64,000 bases of DNA from Gemmataceae bacterium (GCA_046350295.1 JAXMAR010000001.1:117354-181353); one strand, 5' to 3'. Counted from the first letter of the stretch, positions 33,940-44,448 are shown. Made by a program: numbers and translations. The notes: generated by a model from the sequence alone, not told the origin.

Positions 33940-35595
33940 ATGGCCGAAACATCCAAAGAGCTGGTTGTTCGGAGCCACGTGGCACGCGATCTTTTGCAAA
34001 CGGCCGGTCTTTTCAAAAGCGATCGATTGGTGGTTTGGGAATACGTAGCGAACGGGTTGCAGTACGTCGATCCTGGTACGAATCCACAAGTTCGGGTCAT
34101 GATCGATGCCAAGAAGAAACGCATCGCGATTTCTGATAACGGCCGAGGCATGGATTGGCGAGGCCTTCAGAATTTCTTTATTATGCACGGTGAGAATCTT
34201 GATCGAAAGGAGGGCAAGGCCGGCCGAGGTAGGTTCGGGACGGGTAAATCTGCCGCATTCGGAATAGCGGATACGCTGCGATTGTCAACTGTATGCAACG
34301 GGAGCCGGTCGATTGTCGAGCTCCGCCGAAGGGACATTCAGGCCATGACCTCGGGCACGGAGATTCCGGTGAAGGTAGTTGAGCGAGAAACGCGCACGTC
34401 TGACCCGAATGGCACGTTGGTTGAAATCGAGAACGTCTCCCTCCGCTCCATCGATCAGGCCAGCATCATTCGGTATATCGAGAGGCACATGGCGCGGTGG
34501 CCAAAAAACATAACCGTATCCGTGAACAACCATCTCTGCGACGTCTCGGAGCCGCCCCTGGATCGTGAGATAAGACACCGAGCGCAAGGACGAACGCGAG
34601 AGATACTTGGAGACGTCGAATTGGTCGTAAAGACATCAAAGCGTCCTCTCGAAGAAGATGAACGCGGCATTTCAATTTTTTCTCGCGGGATTTGGCACGC
34701 TGTTACGCTTGCCGGTTGCGAGGGAAGGGACATGTCGCAGTACATTTTCGGCGAGATCGATGTCCCCCGACTGGAAGAGGATGTCTCGGCTGTCCCGCCC
34801 TTTGATGTCACGCGGTCCATGGAACTGAACCCAAACAACGATCTCGTCCGGGAAGTTTTCGCTTTTATCTATGAGAAGGTGGAGGACATTCGTCGGAGCC
34901 TGATGGAAGTCGAGCGCCGTCGCAAGGCGACCGAAGAAGCGCGGAAGCTTGCCACGCAAGCGGCAGAAATCGCAAATGTGATCAATGAGGACTTCGATAC
35001 TTTCCGCGGCAAGGTCGCCAAAGTAAGAGCGAAAGCGGTCGGCGGCACAGATCTTTTTGGAATCCGGACAAAGGGGGAGGAGCCGGAGAGCGCACTGGTT
35101 TCTGGCGGACCGCTCCCGGCGTCGGAGGTGAGCCCAATTGGAAGTGAGGGAAAGAGCGGTGACGGGGAGACGGCTGGAGGCGATCCTCCAGATCTGAAGC
35201 CGTTCTTGCAGCCTCAAGACGATGGCCCAGAGAAGGGTCAGCCGGTCAAGGCTGCACCGAAGAAGGTCCGTCCACGAGGGGGGTTCCAGGTGAGATTCGA
35301 GCATATTGGCACAGAGTCGAACCGAGCGAAGTACGTTTCGGATGAGCGCACCATTTACCTGAATCTTGATCATCCGCAACTCCTTGCGGCACGAGGAGCG
35401 GGGCCTGTGGAAGATCCAACATTTCGTCGGCTTGCCTATGAGGTGGCTTTTACAGAGTACTCAATCGCTCTGGCGACCGAACTCGCTCAGCTGGAGGGCT
35501 ACTATATTGACCCAACGGACCCGATTTTTGATATCGGGGAGACCCTCAATCGGCTTGCACGGAAGGGCGCCCGGCTTTATTCGGCCACGAATTAG
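33940..35595 (+). CDS. GHKL-superfamily ATPase (Hsp90/MORC-like HATPase_c domain) with a C-terminal extension
   Basis: N-box/G1/G2-like motifs VVWEYVANGLQYVD, ISDNGRGMDWRGLQNFF and GRGRFGTGKSAAFGIADTL are typical of Bergerat-fold ATPases. Low-GC codon usage. Confidence 0.75.
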   Translation: MAETSKELVVRSHVARDLLQTAGLFKSDRLVVWEYVANGLQYVDPGTNPQVRVMIDAKKKRIAISDNGRGMDWRGLQNFFIMHGENLDRKEGKAGRGRFGTGKSAAFGIADTLRLSTVCNGSRSIVELRRRDIQAMTSGTEIPVKVVERETRTSDPNGTLVEIENVSLRSIDQASIIRYIERHMARWPKNITVSVNNHLCDVSEPPLDREIRHRAQGRTREILGDVELVVKTSKRPLEEDERGISIFSRGIWHAVTLAGCEGRDMSQYIFGEIDVPRLEEDVSAVPPFDVTRSMELNPNNDLVREVFAFIYEKVEDIRRSLMEVERRRKATEEARKLATQAAEIANVINEDFDTFRGKVAKVRAKAVGGTDLFGIRTKGEEPESALVSGGPLPASEVSPIGSEGKSGDGETAGGDPPDLKPFLQPQDDGPEKGQPVKAAPKKVRPRGGFQVRFEHIGTESNRAKYVSDERTIYLNLDHPQLLAARGAGPVEDPTFRRLAYEVAFTEYSIALATELAQLEGYYIDPTDPIFDIGETLNRLARKGARLYSATN

Positions 35596-35607
35596 AACGC
35601 GAGGCGA

Positions 35608-37983
35608 ATGACGCCCATGCCGATTTCTCGCTACCCGAGGCAAGGCCACCCGCTTGCACCGACAATACTGAAGCCCGTGTTGGGCGTCCGCATTCCAAAG
35701 AAGCTCTTGGGAAGCGCAGTAACAAACGTCGTTTTCTTTTCCGACCTCACAAAGAGCGCGTGGGAGACGTTTCCTCCGGAAGTCTGCCGACAACTGGGAA
35801 CGGCACTCGTCGAGACCATCCGGGCAGTTAACCTTACAAAGACCATTCTTCGCACGCCTCTTCCGGCTGTCCCACCCAGCTTATCGATCGAAGACTTGGA
35901 ATTGGAGCAACGCACGTACAACTGTCTTTGCAAGATGCGACGCGAGGGCCTCCTTGCCGGTCCAGAGGAACTGAGCACAAAGACGATTCGGGATATCCTC
36001 AACGTAGAGCATTTCGGTGCAAAAAGCCTAGTGGATCTGCTCACCTCGCTCGAAGCCGCAGGTACGGATGCAGCTCCGAACCTCAATGAGGAAGGCAAAT
36101 CAAAGGAAGCAGCCATATTAAGCGAAGACACGCTCGCGGCAGCGTTCGTTGGCCGTCTCCGCAATCTGCGTTTACCCACCCTTCCGGCCGGCATCGAACT
36201 CGGCGATCTCCATTTGGCAAAGGAAACTCATGCTTGTTTGGTTGAAGAGGGGTTTGCGGCTCGGATTGGAGAGTTGGCGAACCTCACACTCGCAGAGGCG
36301 TTGACGATTCGAGGGTTTGGGATTGAGAGATTGCTGGATTACCTGGACGCTGTGGACCACGTCAAACGGGACGCAAATGGCAAACCCGAGCAGGCTGTCG
36401 GACCTCGACTGAACGACTATGAGCGCCTAATGCGCTATCTGTTCAGACCGGGGCGGTCGACCGCGCTACGTGTCAAAGCCGAGCCCCAGGAACGTCACCG
36501 ATATCTTGAGGACGAGATGCGGGCCCTGATAAAAGGGAGCTTCAAGAGTAACAAAGCCGCGAACTTTGGGCGGAACACCGACATGATCGCAACGTACTAC
36601 GGTTGTGACGGTCGGGGAGGCGCAACCTTGGCCGAGGTTGCTAACCAATACGGGTTGACGAGGGAGCGCGTCCGGCAGATTTGCATGAAGTCTGCGCAAC
36701 GAATGAAAAAGGGCGGAATCCAACCGGAGCGTCTGAGAGCGGTGTCCCGCAGGATCACTGAACTCTTGCCATGTGAAGCGGACTCGCTGGAAAGGGTTCT
36801 GCAAAGCGAAGGATTCACACGAGGCGCCTTCAGGGTGAAGGGAGTGCTACTGTTTTCACAGATGTTGGGAGAACCGGCGCTGTTTCAACTGGAGGATATT
36901 GATGGACGGCGAATGGTCGTTGCTCCCGAGACAGCTCGAATGACAAGGCGAACGATCTTCCAGAGCCGCAAGGCGGTATCTCAATTTGGCGTGGCGACCG
37001 TATTGGATCTGGCCGCCGTGCTATCTGAGCAGTTGTCCACAACGATGACGCCGGAAGTTGTAACTCGGGTGCTCAATTCCCAACCTGGATTCGAGTGGCT
37101 CGATCGTGAAGCGGGATGGTTCTGGTTCCGACATCTTCCGAGAAATCGCGTCGTAAGCCGCATTCGCAAGATTCTATCAGTTTCCGAGGGTATCGATGTA
37201 GGTGAACTCCGAATCGGAATTGCCAGGCACCATGCGATGGATGGGTACGCACCGCCAAAAAAGGTCCTTTTGGAGCTTTGTAAACGATTGCCCTATTGCG
37301 TGGTCGACGGACATGTTGTGCGTGCGGAGCCACCGATTGATTGGAAGACTACACTTCGAGGCGCCGAGTTGTCATTGATAACGATCTTAAAGGAGAACGG
37401 CCCAGCCATGCAGAGACCTAAGCTTGAAAAGCGCTGTCTGGACCTAGGCATGAAGCGTTCTACGTTCTACGCCTACTTGAGCTATTCGCCGGTAATTGAG
37501 AGATATGCTTCCGGCGTCTACGGTATTCGCGGAGCAGCAATCGAACCAGGGGTCGTCGAATCCCTTATTCCTTATACCCAGCGAACTAGAGGTGTTCGCC
37601 TTGACCACGGTTGGACGCGCGATAGGCGCATTTGGATCGGATACTGCGTCTCCGAAGGAATGCTTGGCAATGGCGCCTTTAGCGTTCCCGCGGGCCTCAA
37701 GCAGTTTCTTCAAGGGACGTATGCGATGAAGAGTGCCGATGGGGCCGCCATAGGAACGGTTGTGGTCAAGGACAACGCAGGCTGGGGTCTTGGAACATTG
37801 TTTCGGCGCAGAGGCGGTGAGCCGGGTGACACGTTACTTCTTATTTTCGACGCAAAGGCGCAGCTGGTTACGGCCGCTGTGGGAGACGAAGGTCTACTGG
37901 AGCAATTCGACGATGAGGGGGAGGAAGAACAGGCAACGGAGGCGGGGAAGGAGGGGGAAGGAGGCGCTGCGCCCCCGTCGTAA
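35608..37983 (+). CDS. large multidomain protein with two RNAP alpha-CTD-like helix-hairpin-helix repeats and a sigma-70 region-4-like HTH
   Basis: LELEQRTYNCLCKMRREGLLAGPEELSTKTIRDILNVEHFGAKSLVDLLTSLE and LHLAKETHACLVEEGFAARIGELANLTLAEALTIRGFGIERLLDYL resemble RpoA alpha-CTD. ATLAEVANQYGLTRERVRQICMKSAQRMKK resembles sigma-70 region 4.2. The C-terminal roughly 400 aa are unassigned and the tail is acidic. Confidence 0.65.
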   Translation: MTPMPISRYPRQGHPLAPTILKPVLGVRIPKKLLGSAVTNVVFFSDLTKSAWETFPPEVCRQLGTALVETIRAVNLTKTILRTPLPAVPPSLSIEDLELEQRTYNCLCKMRREGLLAGPEELSTKTIRDILNVEHFGAKSLVDLLTSLEAAGTDAAPNLNEEGKSKEAAILSEDTLAAAFVGRLRNLRLPTLPAGIELGDLHLAKETHACLVEEGFAARIGELANLTLAEALTIRGFGIERLLDYLDAVDHVKRDANGKPEQAVGPRLNDYERLMRYLFRPGRSTALRVKAEPQERHRYLEDEMRALIKGSFKSNKAANFGRNTDMIATYYGCDGRGGATLAEVANQYGLTRERVRQICMKSAQRMKKGGIQPERLRAVSRRITELLPCEADSLERVLQSEGFTRGAFRVKGVLLFSQMLGEPALFQLEDIDGRRMVVAPETARMTRRTIFQSRKAVSQFGVATVLDLAAVLSEQLSTTMTPEVVTRVLNSQPGFEWLDREAGWFWFRHLPRNRVVSRIRKILSVSEGIDVGELRIGIARHHAMDGYAPPKKVLLELCKRLPYCVVDGHVVRAEPPIDWKTTLRGAELSLITILKENGPAMQRPKLEKRCLDLGMKRSTFYAYLSYSPVIERYASGVYGIRGAAIEPGVVESLIPYTQRTRGVRLDHGWTRDRRIWIGYCVSEGMLGNGAFSVPAGLKQFLQGTYAMKSADGAAIGTVVVKDNAGWGLGTLFRRRGGEPGDTLLLIFDAKAQLVTAAVGDEGLLEQFDDEGEEEQATEAGKEGEGGAAPPS

Positions 37984-38025
37984 CGATCGGCTACAATTTC
38001 TGATGTCGAGCAAAAGGGGTTTGCC

Positions 38026-38238
38026 ATGTCTATTGCTGAGATCCTCCCGGCGGTTCAGGCTCTCTCTCCGAGTGAGAAGCTCGATCTCGCGCGTCTGTTG
38101 CTCGAGGACTTGGCCAAGGAGGGATTGCCGACGGTCTTCAAGAAGGGACAGGCTTATCCAATCTACACGCCTGAATACACTCCCGGCGCTGCGGCACAAC
38201 TCGCCCAGGTCCTCAGGGAGGACGGGACTCGGTCATGA
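38026..38238 (+). CDS. putative addiction-module (antitoxin-like) component, TIGR02574-like
   Basis: 70-aa MSIAEILPAVQALSPSEKLDLARLLLEDL... pattern. Confidence 0.45.
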   Translation: MSIAEILPAVQALSPSEKLDLARLLLEDLAKEGLPTVFKKGQAYPIYTPEYTPGAAAQLAQVLREDGTRS

Positions 38239-38338
38239 GCGCTGTCGAGCAGTTTCAGTATTGCGATCGGGACCCGGCTTCGGGCGGGCTTGATCTGATG
38301 CCAGATTTGCCCATCGTCCTTCGCCATCAACCCACTCG

Positions 38339-38665
38339 TTGTCGACCGTCGCACTGGTCGATAGCGGCGCGTCGATCAGCGTTCTGCCCTATTCGCTGGG
38401 CGTGCAGCTTGGCTTTGACTGGAACAGCCAGAAGGCGCCGATCACGCTTGGAGGGACTCTCGCCCAGGTTGACGCCCGCGGGATCGTGGTCGAGGCGGTC
38501 ATTGGACAGCTCGCGCCGGTGCGCCTCGCGCTGGCCTGGGCCAATTCGGATCAGGCGCCGTTTCTGCTCGGACAGTTCAATTTCTTCCAGGCGTTCGATG
38601 TTTGCTTCTTCCGCTCGCGCGGCATCTTCGAGATCAGGCGGCCCGGCACGACAAGTTCTCCATGA
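38339..38665 (+). CDS. retropepsin-like (clan AA) aspartic protease domain protein
   Basis: ALVDSGAS active-site motif. No ATG: the ORF-track start is TTG at 38339, with the frame open from 38294. Confidence 0.5.
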   Translation: MSTVALVDSGASISVLPYSLGVQLGFDWNSQKAPITLGGTLAQVDARGIVVEAVIGQLAPVRLALAWANSDQAPFLLGQFNFFQAFDVCFFRSRGIFEIRRPGTTSSP

Positions 38666-38712
38666 GCGCTAAGACGTCCGAGGTCGACATTGACCTCCCC
38701 GCCGAGGCCCAA

Positions 38713-39708
38713 TCAGCGCATGACCGTCACCGTCGGCCGTCGCTTCCGAAAGGCCGCGGCGCCGGCGTCGGTCACGGTGTCCCTGGGCAGGCAGAGGGTG
38801 CGGAGGTTTTCCAGGCCCGCCAACGGTTCGAGGCCGGCGTCCGTCACCTTGGTCCGGTTGAGCTGGACGATCTCCAGGCTCTTGATCTTCGCCAAGGACT
38901 TCATGCCGGCGTCGGTCGCCTGCGTGTCCGACAGGTCGATGTACTTGAGCGTGGTCAGGCCCGCGAGGGCTTCGAGGCCCCGGTCGGACACCGGCGCCGT
39001 CCACAGGCTGAGATGCTCGAGGTTCTTCAGGGCGGCGACATCTTTGAGGCCGGCGTCGTGGGCCGAGCCGTCGAGGGAGACGTGGCGCAGGCGCTTGAGG
39101 CCGGCGAGGTCCTCGAAGCCGGTTCCCGTGACGGAGGTGAAGCAGAGGTCAGGGATTCGAGGTCGGTCATGCCGGCGGATGTTTCAGGGCGGCGTCGCTG
39201 ATCTTGGAGCAGCCGATGCCGAGCGTGTGCAGCCGGGTGAGGCCGGCGAGGTTTTGACGCCGGCGTCGCTCGCCTTGGTATAGCGGATGTAGAGGCTCTT
39301 GAGGCTGGTGAGGTGGGCGATCTCCTGGAGGTCGGCGTCGGTAACGTAGGTCTGGTCGAGGTCGAGCGCCTCGAGGTTTTTGAAGCGGGCCAGCTCGCGC
39401 AGCTCCTTGCCGCTCGCGTTGGTCCGGTTGAGGTCGAAGGCGAAGGGGCCGGAGGGGACGGGCAAGGAGGCGATGAGGCCGAACTCGAACGGCTTGCCGC
39501 CGGGCCAGCGGACGGCGGGGAGGGCGGGCTGATCGGGCCTGGTCTCCTGAAACAGGCGCCAGCCGCGTTTATCCTCGGGGAGCCAGCCGACCTTGGCGCC
39601 GACGCCGCGCCAGAGAGCGGCCGCCTTGGCGTCGAAGCCCGCGGGCTCCTGGGCGCGGGCGGAGGGGGTGGCGCCGAGGAGGAGGATGGCGAGCAGGAGG
39701 CGGTTCAT
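38713..39708 (-). pseudogene. secreted leucine-rich-repeat protein, disrupted by at least two frameshifts (about 39160 and 39230)
   Basis: Signal peptide MNRLLLAILLLGATPSARA. LRR units (LDLDQTYVTDADLQEIAHLTSLKSLYI...; LAGLTRLHTLGIGCSKISDAAL; LAGLTTLKYIDLSDTQATDAGMKSL...) are spread over three frames. Confidence 0.6.
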
Positions 39709-39785
39709 CGGGGTTGTCCCCTTTCATTTTGATAGACGAAGCGCTAGTTGGAAGGGATTGGTGGAAGCGGGGCGAGCACAAGCGA

Positions 39786-40214
39786 TCAGGGTGTCGGCGG
39801 CACGGGAAGGGAAGCGACCAGATCGGCAGGCGTTTGCAGGGGGATTGGGGACGCCGCAAAGCCGCGCGGATCGCGAGTGATAATCGCGTCAACACGGGCC
39901 TGAACGGCACATGCGATTTGAAGATCATCTTCGAAATCAGGACCGGAGCGGGCCTGGGCGGCAAGCAAGGTCGCCTGATCGATCGGGGCGATATCCAGTG
40001 TGCTCAAGCAAGCCTGCACCACGGCCTGTGCCGTGGACGATCCTGCCTGCTTGCGAACGACGTAGAAGATCGTGGGGATAGAAAACGCGGCGACCAGCGC
40101 CTGGATGCGACCCTGGCGATGAGCATCCCAGACGAGGGCCATATCCGCGGCCCAAGGAAGGCGATTCAAGAACAGATCCAGGAGAACACTGGTGTCCAGG
40201 AGGTACTTCTTCAT
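39786..40214 (-). CDS. vapC: type II toxin VapC (PIN domain)
   Basis: MKKYLLDTSVLLDLF... PIN N-terminus. 4-nt overlap with the upstream antitoxin gene. Confidence 0.8.
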   Translation of the reverse strand: MKKYLLDTSVLLDLFLNRLPWAADMALVWDAHRQGRIQALVAAFSIPTIFYVVRKQAGSSTAQAVVQACLSTLDIAPIDQATLLAAQARSGPDFEDDLQIACAVQARVDAIITRDPRGFAASPIPLQTPADLVASLPVPPTP

Positions 40215-40447
40215 CCGTGCTTTTCCAGCCGATGCTCCTCGATCCAGCGCTTGATTGTCTCATCGTCGGGTGGGACGCCCGCGCCGGCCGCGATGCCACG
40301 AACCTGCGCCGCCGGTACGCCGCGGCACTGCGGCGCCGCGGCTTCCGCGGTAACAACAACGACTTCGACCTTGGCCCCTTCCGGCAGCGGCGAGCTGGGA
40401 ACGACGACGCCGTTGGTCACGACGCCGGTGATGGTGGTGGACATGGC
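40211..40447 (-). CDS. vapB: VapB-type antitoxin (DUF104/AbrB-like), paralog of 5006-5236
   Basis: MSTTITGVVTNGVVVPSSPLPEGAKVEVVVV. Same motif as the other antitoxin: G.V.NGVVV...LPEGA.V.V. Confidence 0.65.
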   Translation of the reverse strand, partial: AMSTTITGVVTNGVVVPSSPLPEGAKVEVVVVTAEAAAPQCRGVPAAQVRGIAAGAGVPPDDETIKRWIEEHRLEKHG

Positions 40448-40661
40448 GGTCTCCTCTCGGGTTATCGTACCGGGCGGATGGCTGGCGGGGGAAGGCCCAG
40501 CGGTGGCGGGGGCTGGCGAAGCGTCGGGCAAGTCGATCTGTCGCGGCCAAGCCCCGGCCTAGTCACCCCAGGGGAAACATGCCGCTTGAAGACTGGACAC
40601 GCAATCTCCGGATGAGACAATGTCGCGTGAACGGTGGTCCCTCTCACGCCGGGACGCAGCC

Positions 40662-43600
40662 ATGCGATCACTCTGCCCTGCTTCACTTGCTCTCGTTGTC
40701 GTCGTATCCCTGGCCGGCGACGCGGGACGCCTTGCCGCCCAGCCGCGGACCGGGCCGGAGACGGAGAAGCGCTTCCCGCCCCTCCGGCTGGCCAAAGGCT
40801 TCAAAGCCACCCTCTTCGCCTGCGACCCGTTCATCGAATACCCCTCCGTCATCGCTATCGGCCCGCGCGACAATACGCTCTTCGTCGCCGTCGATTACAT
40901 GACCGGCCTCGGGACGGAGGTCGTCCGCCGCGATGAGATCCGCCTGATCGAGGATACCGACGGCGGTGGCTACGCCGACAAGTCCACCGTCTACGCCACC
41001 GGCTTCAACTCCATCCAGGGCGTTTGCTATCACGACGGCGCCGTCTACGTCATGCACGCGCCGTTCCTCACCGTGCTGCGCGGGGACGGCAAGGCTAACG
41101 AGCGCAAGGACCTCCTCACCGGCCTGGGGCTGACGCCCGAGGCGAACCCGGTCCGGCTGCACTGCGCCAACGGCGTCGTCATGGGGCACGACGGCTGGCT
41201 CTACCTCGCCCTCGGCGATCATGGCTGCGACGTCAAGCGGCCCGAAGGGGACCGCCTCGTCCTGGTCGGCGGCGGCATCCTCCGTTGCCGGCCCGACGGC
41301 CGCGACCTGCACGTCTTCGCCCGCGGCCTGCGCAACATCTACGACGTCGCCCTCGACGCCGATCTCAACGTCTTCGTGCGCGACAACGAGAACGACGGTG
41401 GCGACTACAAGATCCGCGTCTGCCACAGCTTCTTCGGGGCCGACCACGGCTATCCCTACCTCTATTACGAACACCCCGATGAGGCGTTGCCGCCGCTGGC
41501 CGACCTGGGCCTCGGCTCCTCCGCCGGCGGCGTCTGCTACCTTGAGACGGCGTTCCCGGCGGAGTATCGCGGCAACCTCTTCTTCTGCGAGTGGGGCCGG
41601 TCCATCGTCCGCTATCCGCTCACGCGCGCCGGCAGCGCGTTCGGGCCGGTGAAGGAGATCGAGTTCGCGGCCGGGGCCGAGACCGATCCCTATGGCTTCA
41701 AGCCGACCGATGTCGTGGTCGGCCGCGACGGCGCCCTGTTCGTCTCCGACTGGGCGGATGGGCAGCGTCCCAAGCGTGGCCGGGGGCGGATTTACCGGAT
41801 TGTGCCGGAGGGAGAGGCGAAGCCCGTCAAGCCGGCGGGGAAGGAGCGCCCGCTCGCCGGGTGGATCGCCCAGCTTGACTTGGAGAGTCAGCATCGGCGC
41901 ATCGAGGCGCAGCTCGCCATCGAGCGACTCGGGGCCAAGGCGCTGCCGGCGCTGACGGAGGCGCTCGACAAGGGCAAGCTTGGCGTCCTCGCCCGGCTGC
42001 ACGCGGTCTGGATCCTGGCCCACACCGACGCTCCGTCGGCGCGGGCGGAGCTTGCCGACCTGGCGCGCACCGATCCCGATGTGCGCGTGCGGGCGCAGGC
42101 GGTCCGCGCTCTGGCGGACCTGGTCGCCCCGATCCTCGTCGCGCATCGACTCGACGCGGCGCCGGCGCCGGAGAAGGTCGTGCGCGATTTCGTCCGGCTG
42201 GCGAAAGGACAGAAGGCGCCCGTTCTGCTGGAGATCGTGGTGGCGCTGGGCCGGCTCCGCTGGGCCGGCGCTCCCGCCTGGCTGCGCGACAACCTGCCCG
42301 CGCCCGACGCCGCGCTGGCGCACGCCGCCATGCAGACTCTGCGTCGCTCGGGGAACTGGCCCGAAGTGCTCAAGCTGCTCGACGGGCCGGATACGCCCCT
42401 CCGGGCCATCGCGGCGCCACGCGCTGCGCCCGGCCGCTACGATCAAGGCGTCGCCGATGGTCTTCTCGAGCGCTCGCCAAGGATGGGATTCCGCCCGGCG
42501 CGGCAGCCGCGGTTCTTCGGCGCATCCACAAGGCGCCAGGGCCGCACAAGTACTGGGGCTACCGCCGCCGCCGCGGCCGGTGAACACCGTCGCCTGGGAG
42601 CGCACGAATCGCGGCAACGCCGGCTCGGCCCTTTCCAAGCTGAAGGCGTTGGATCGGTTGGGCTGCTGCGCTGGCCGACGCGAAGCTGTCGCCACCGAGC
42701 CGAGTTTCCTGATTGCCCCGGCTTGTGCGACAAGGAACGCGACCCCGACATCGTCGGTGTGATTCTCGAAGCGGCTCGGCGATCACGTGCCCGTCGACGC
42801 GTTTGTGAAAGGAACGCTGGCGCGACGTTGTTTGGCCCGATGGCCAGGGACAAGACGTTCGCCCTGCGTAACCGACTCAGCGCGCTGGTCTTGTTCGCAC
42901 GCGACCTCGATGCCAAGAGCGAACGACAACTCCTGGACCTTGCCCGAGACCTCCGAGGAGGACTTGCTCCTCGCCGAGGCTATCAAGCAATTGGCCAAGC
43001 GGCGGAAGCTCGCGTCAGAACCGTTCCTGCTGGCCAAACTGGAGAGCGCCGCGCCCGCGGTGCGCGCGGCGGCTTGCGACGCCCTGGCCGAACTGGCGCC
43101 GGCGGAGGCGGGGGGCGCTCTGCACAAGCGCCTGAGCGACAAGGAGGGGCAGGTTCGCGCGGCGGCTCGGGCGGCTCGGCAAGCTGGGACGGCGGCTCGG
43201 CGGTCGACCCGCTGCTGGTCGTGGCCCGTGAGCGGACGTGCAAGCGCGTGGCCGCAGCAGAGCATTGCGCGCCTGCGCGGCCCGCGTCTGCAGTTCGCCG
43301 TGGAGGCGGCTGTCGAACCGGGAGGCGCATCGGCAGCCCTGCGTTGCGTCGAGGAGTTCGGCAGCGGCCCGTCGGAGGCGAAGGCGGTTGTCAAGCGGCA
43401 CGGCGAGCCGGGCGTCGACGTCTCGATGCCCATGGCCATGCTGAGCGATGGCGGGTGGATATGGCGCCGACGCCGAGGAACACTGGACGAGGCCCTTGCC
43501 GAGCTGCACGCGACCAGCGGGGTACTGCTGCGCTGGACCGTGTCCGGTCCGCTCAACAAGACCGAGGATGCCGACCTGGCCCGCATCGCAAACCCCGAGG

Positions 43601-44409
43601 CGGACACGCCCCCCGGCTGGTCCTTGCTCTTCCCCGCCGGCCCCGATCTGCGCGTTGTGCGGATGTCGAAGGCGGAGGGCGCCGTCTGGCTCGCATCCGC
43701 CGATCTGATCAGCGCCGAACCGGCCGGCGTGCAATTCCTGGCCGGGGCCGCCGGCACGTTGCGCGTCTGGCTCAACGGAAAGCTGATCTACCACCGCGCC
43801 GAAGTCCGTCCTTTCCAGGCCGACTCCGATCGCTTCGACGCCATCCTGGCCAAAGGCCGGAATCGCGTGCTGGTCGAGATCGCGCCGCCGGCCGGACCGT
43901 TCCAGCTTCGCTTCCGCCGGAAGAGCGCGAAGGCCGACACCGAGCGCTTCGCCCAGGCCGCCCTGACGAAAGCCGGCAATCCCGCCAACGGCCGCAAGGT
44001 CTTCTTCAATGTCGAGAAATCGCTGTGCCTGCGCTGCCACCGCCTGGGCGCCGAGGGGGAGCGCATCGGCCCGGATCTGAGCGGCGTCGGCGGCCGCTTC
44101 GCCCGCGTCCACCTCGTCGAGTCGGTCCTGGAGCCGAGCCGCACGATCGCCCCGAGTTACCAGACGCACATCGTCGAGCTGAAGGACGGCCGCGTGCTCA
44201 GCGGGGTCAAGATCAGCGAAACCGAGCGTACGATTGCGCTTGGCGATCAGGAAGGCAAGAAGCATGAGGTGAAGAAAGACGAGATTGAAACGATGCGGCC
44301 GGGCCCGCTCAGCACCATGCCGGAAGGCCTGGCGCAGCGGCTGACGCTGGAGGAGTTCGTGGATTTGATCGCGTTTCTCGCCGGTCAGAAGGAACGGTTG
44401 GGGCCGTGA
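40662..44409 (+). pseudogene. planctomycete-type membrane-bound dehydrogenase-domain protein (SGDH-like beta-propeller + HEAT repeats + C-terminal cytochrome c), disrupted by four or more frameshifts between about 42.4 and 43.3 kb
   Basis: Signal peptide and propeller in the 40620 frame. HEAT-like segments are scattered over all three frames (42443-43250). C-terminal cytochrome c CLRCH with the GEGERIGPDLSGVG heme region lies in the 42787-44409 frame. Confidence 0.7.
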
Positions 44410-44448
44410 CGGGTGTCGCTCTCGAGAAAAAGGACCGTCCGGAGTCCG

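Noticed and set aside
40683-44265. 670-aa and 416-aa minus-strand ORFs antisense to the dehydrogenase/cytochrome c gene
   Set aside because: Artefacts of GC-rich antisense translation. The plus-strand product has recognisable propeller, HEAT and CXXCH features.
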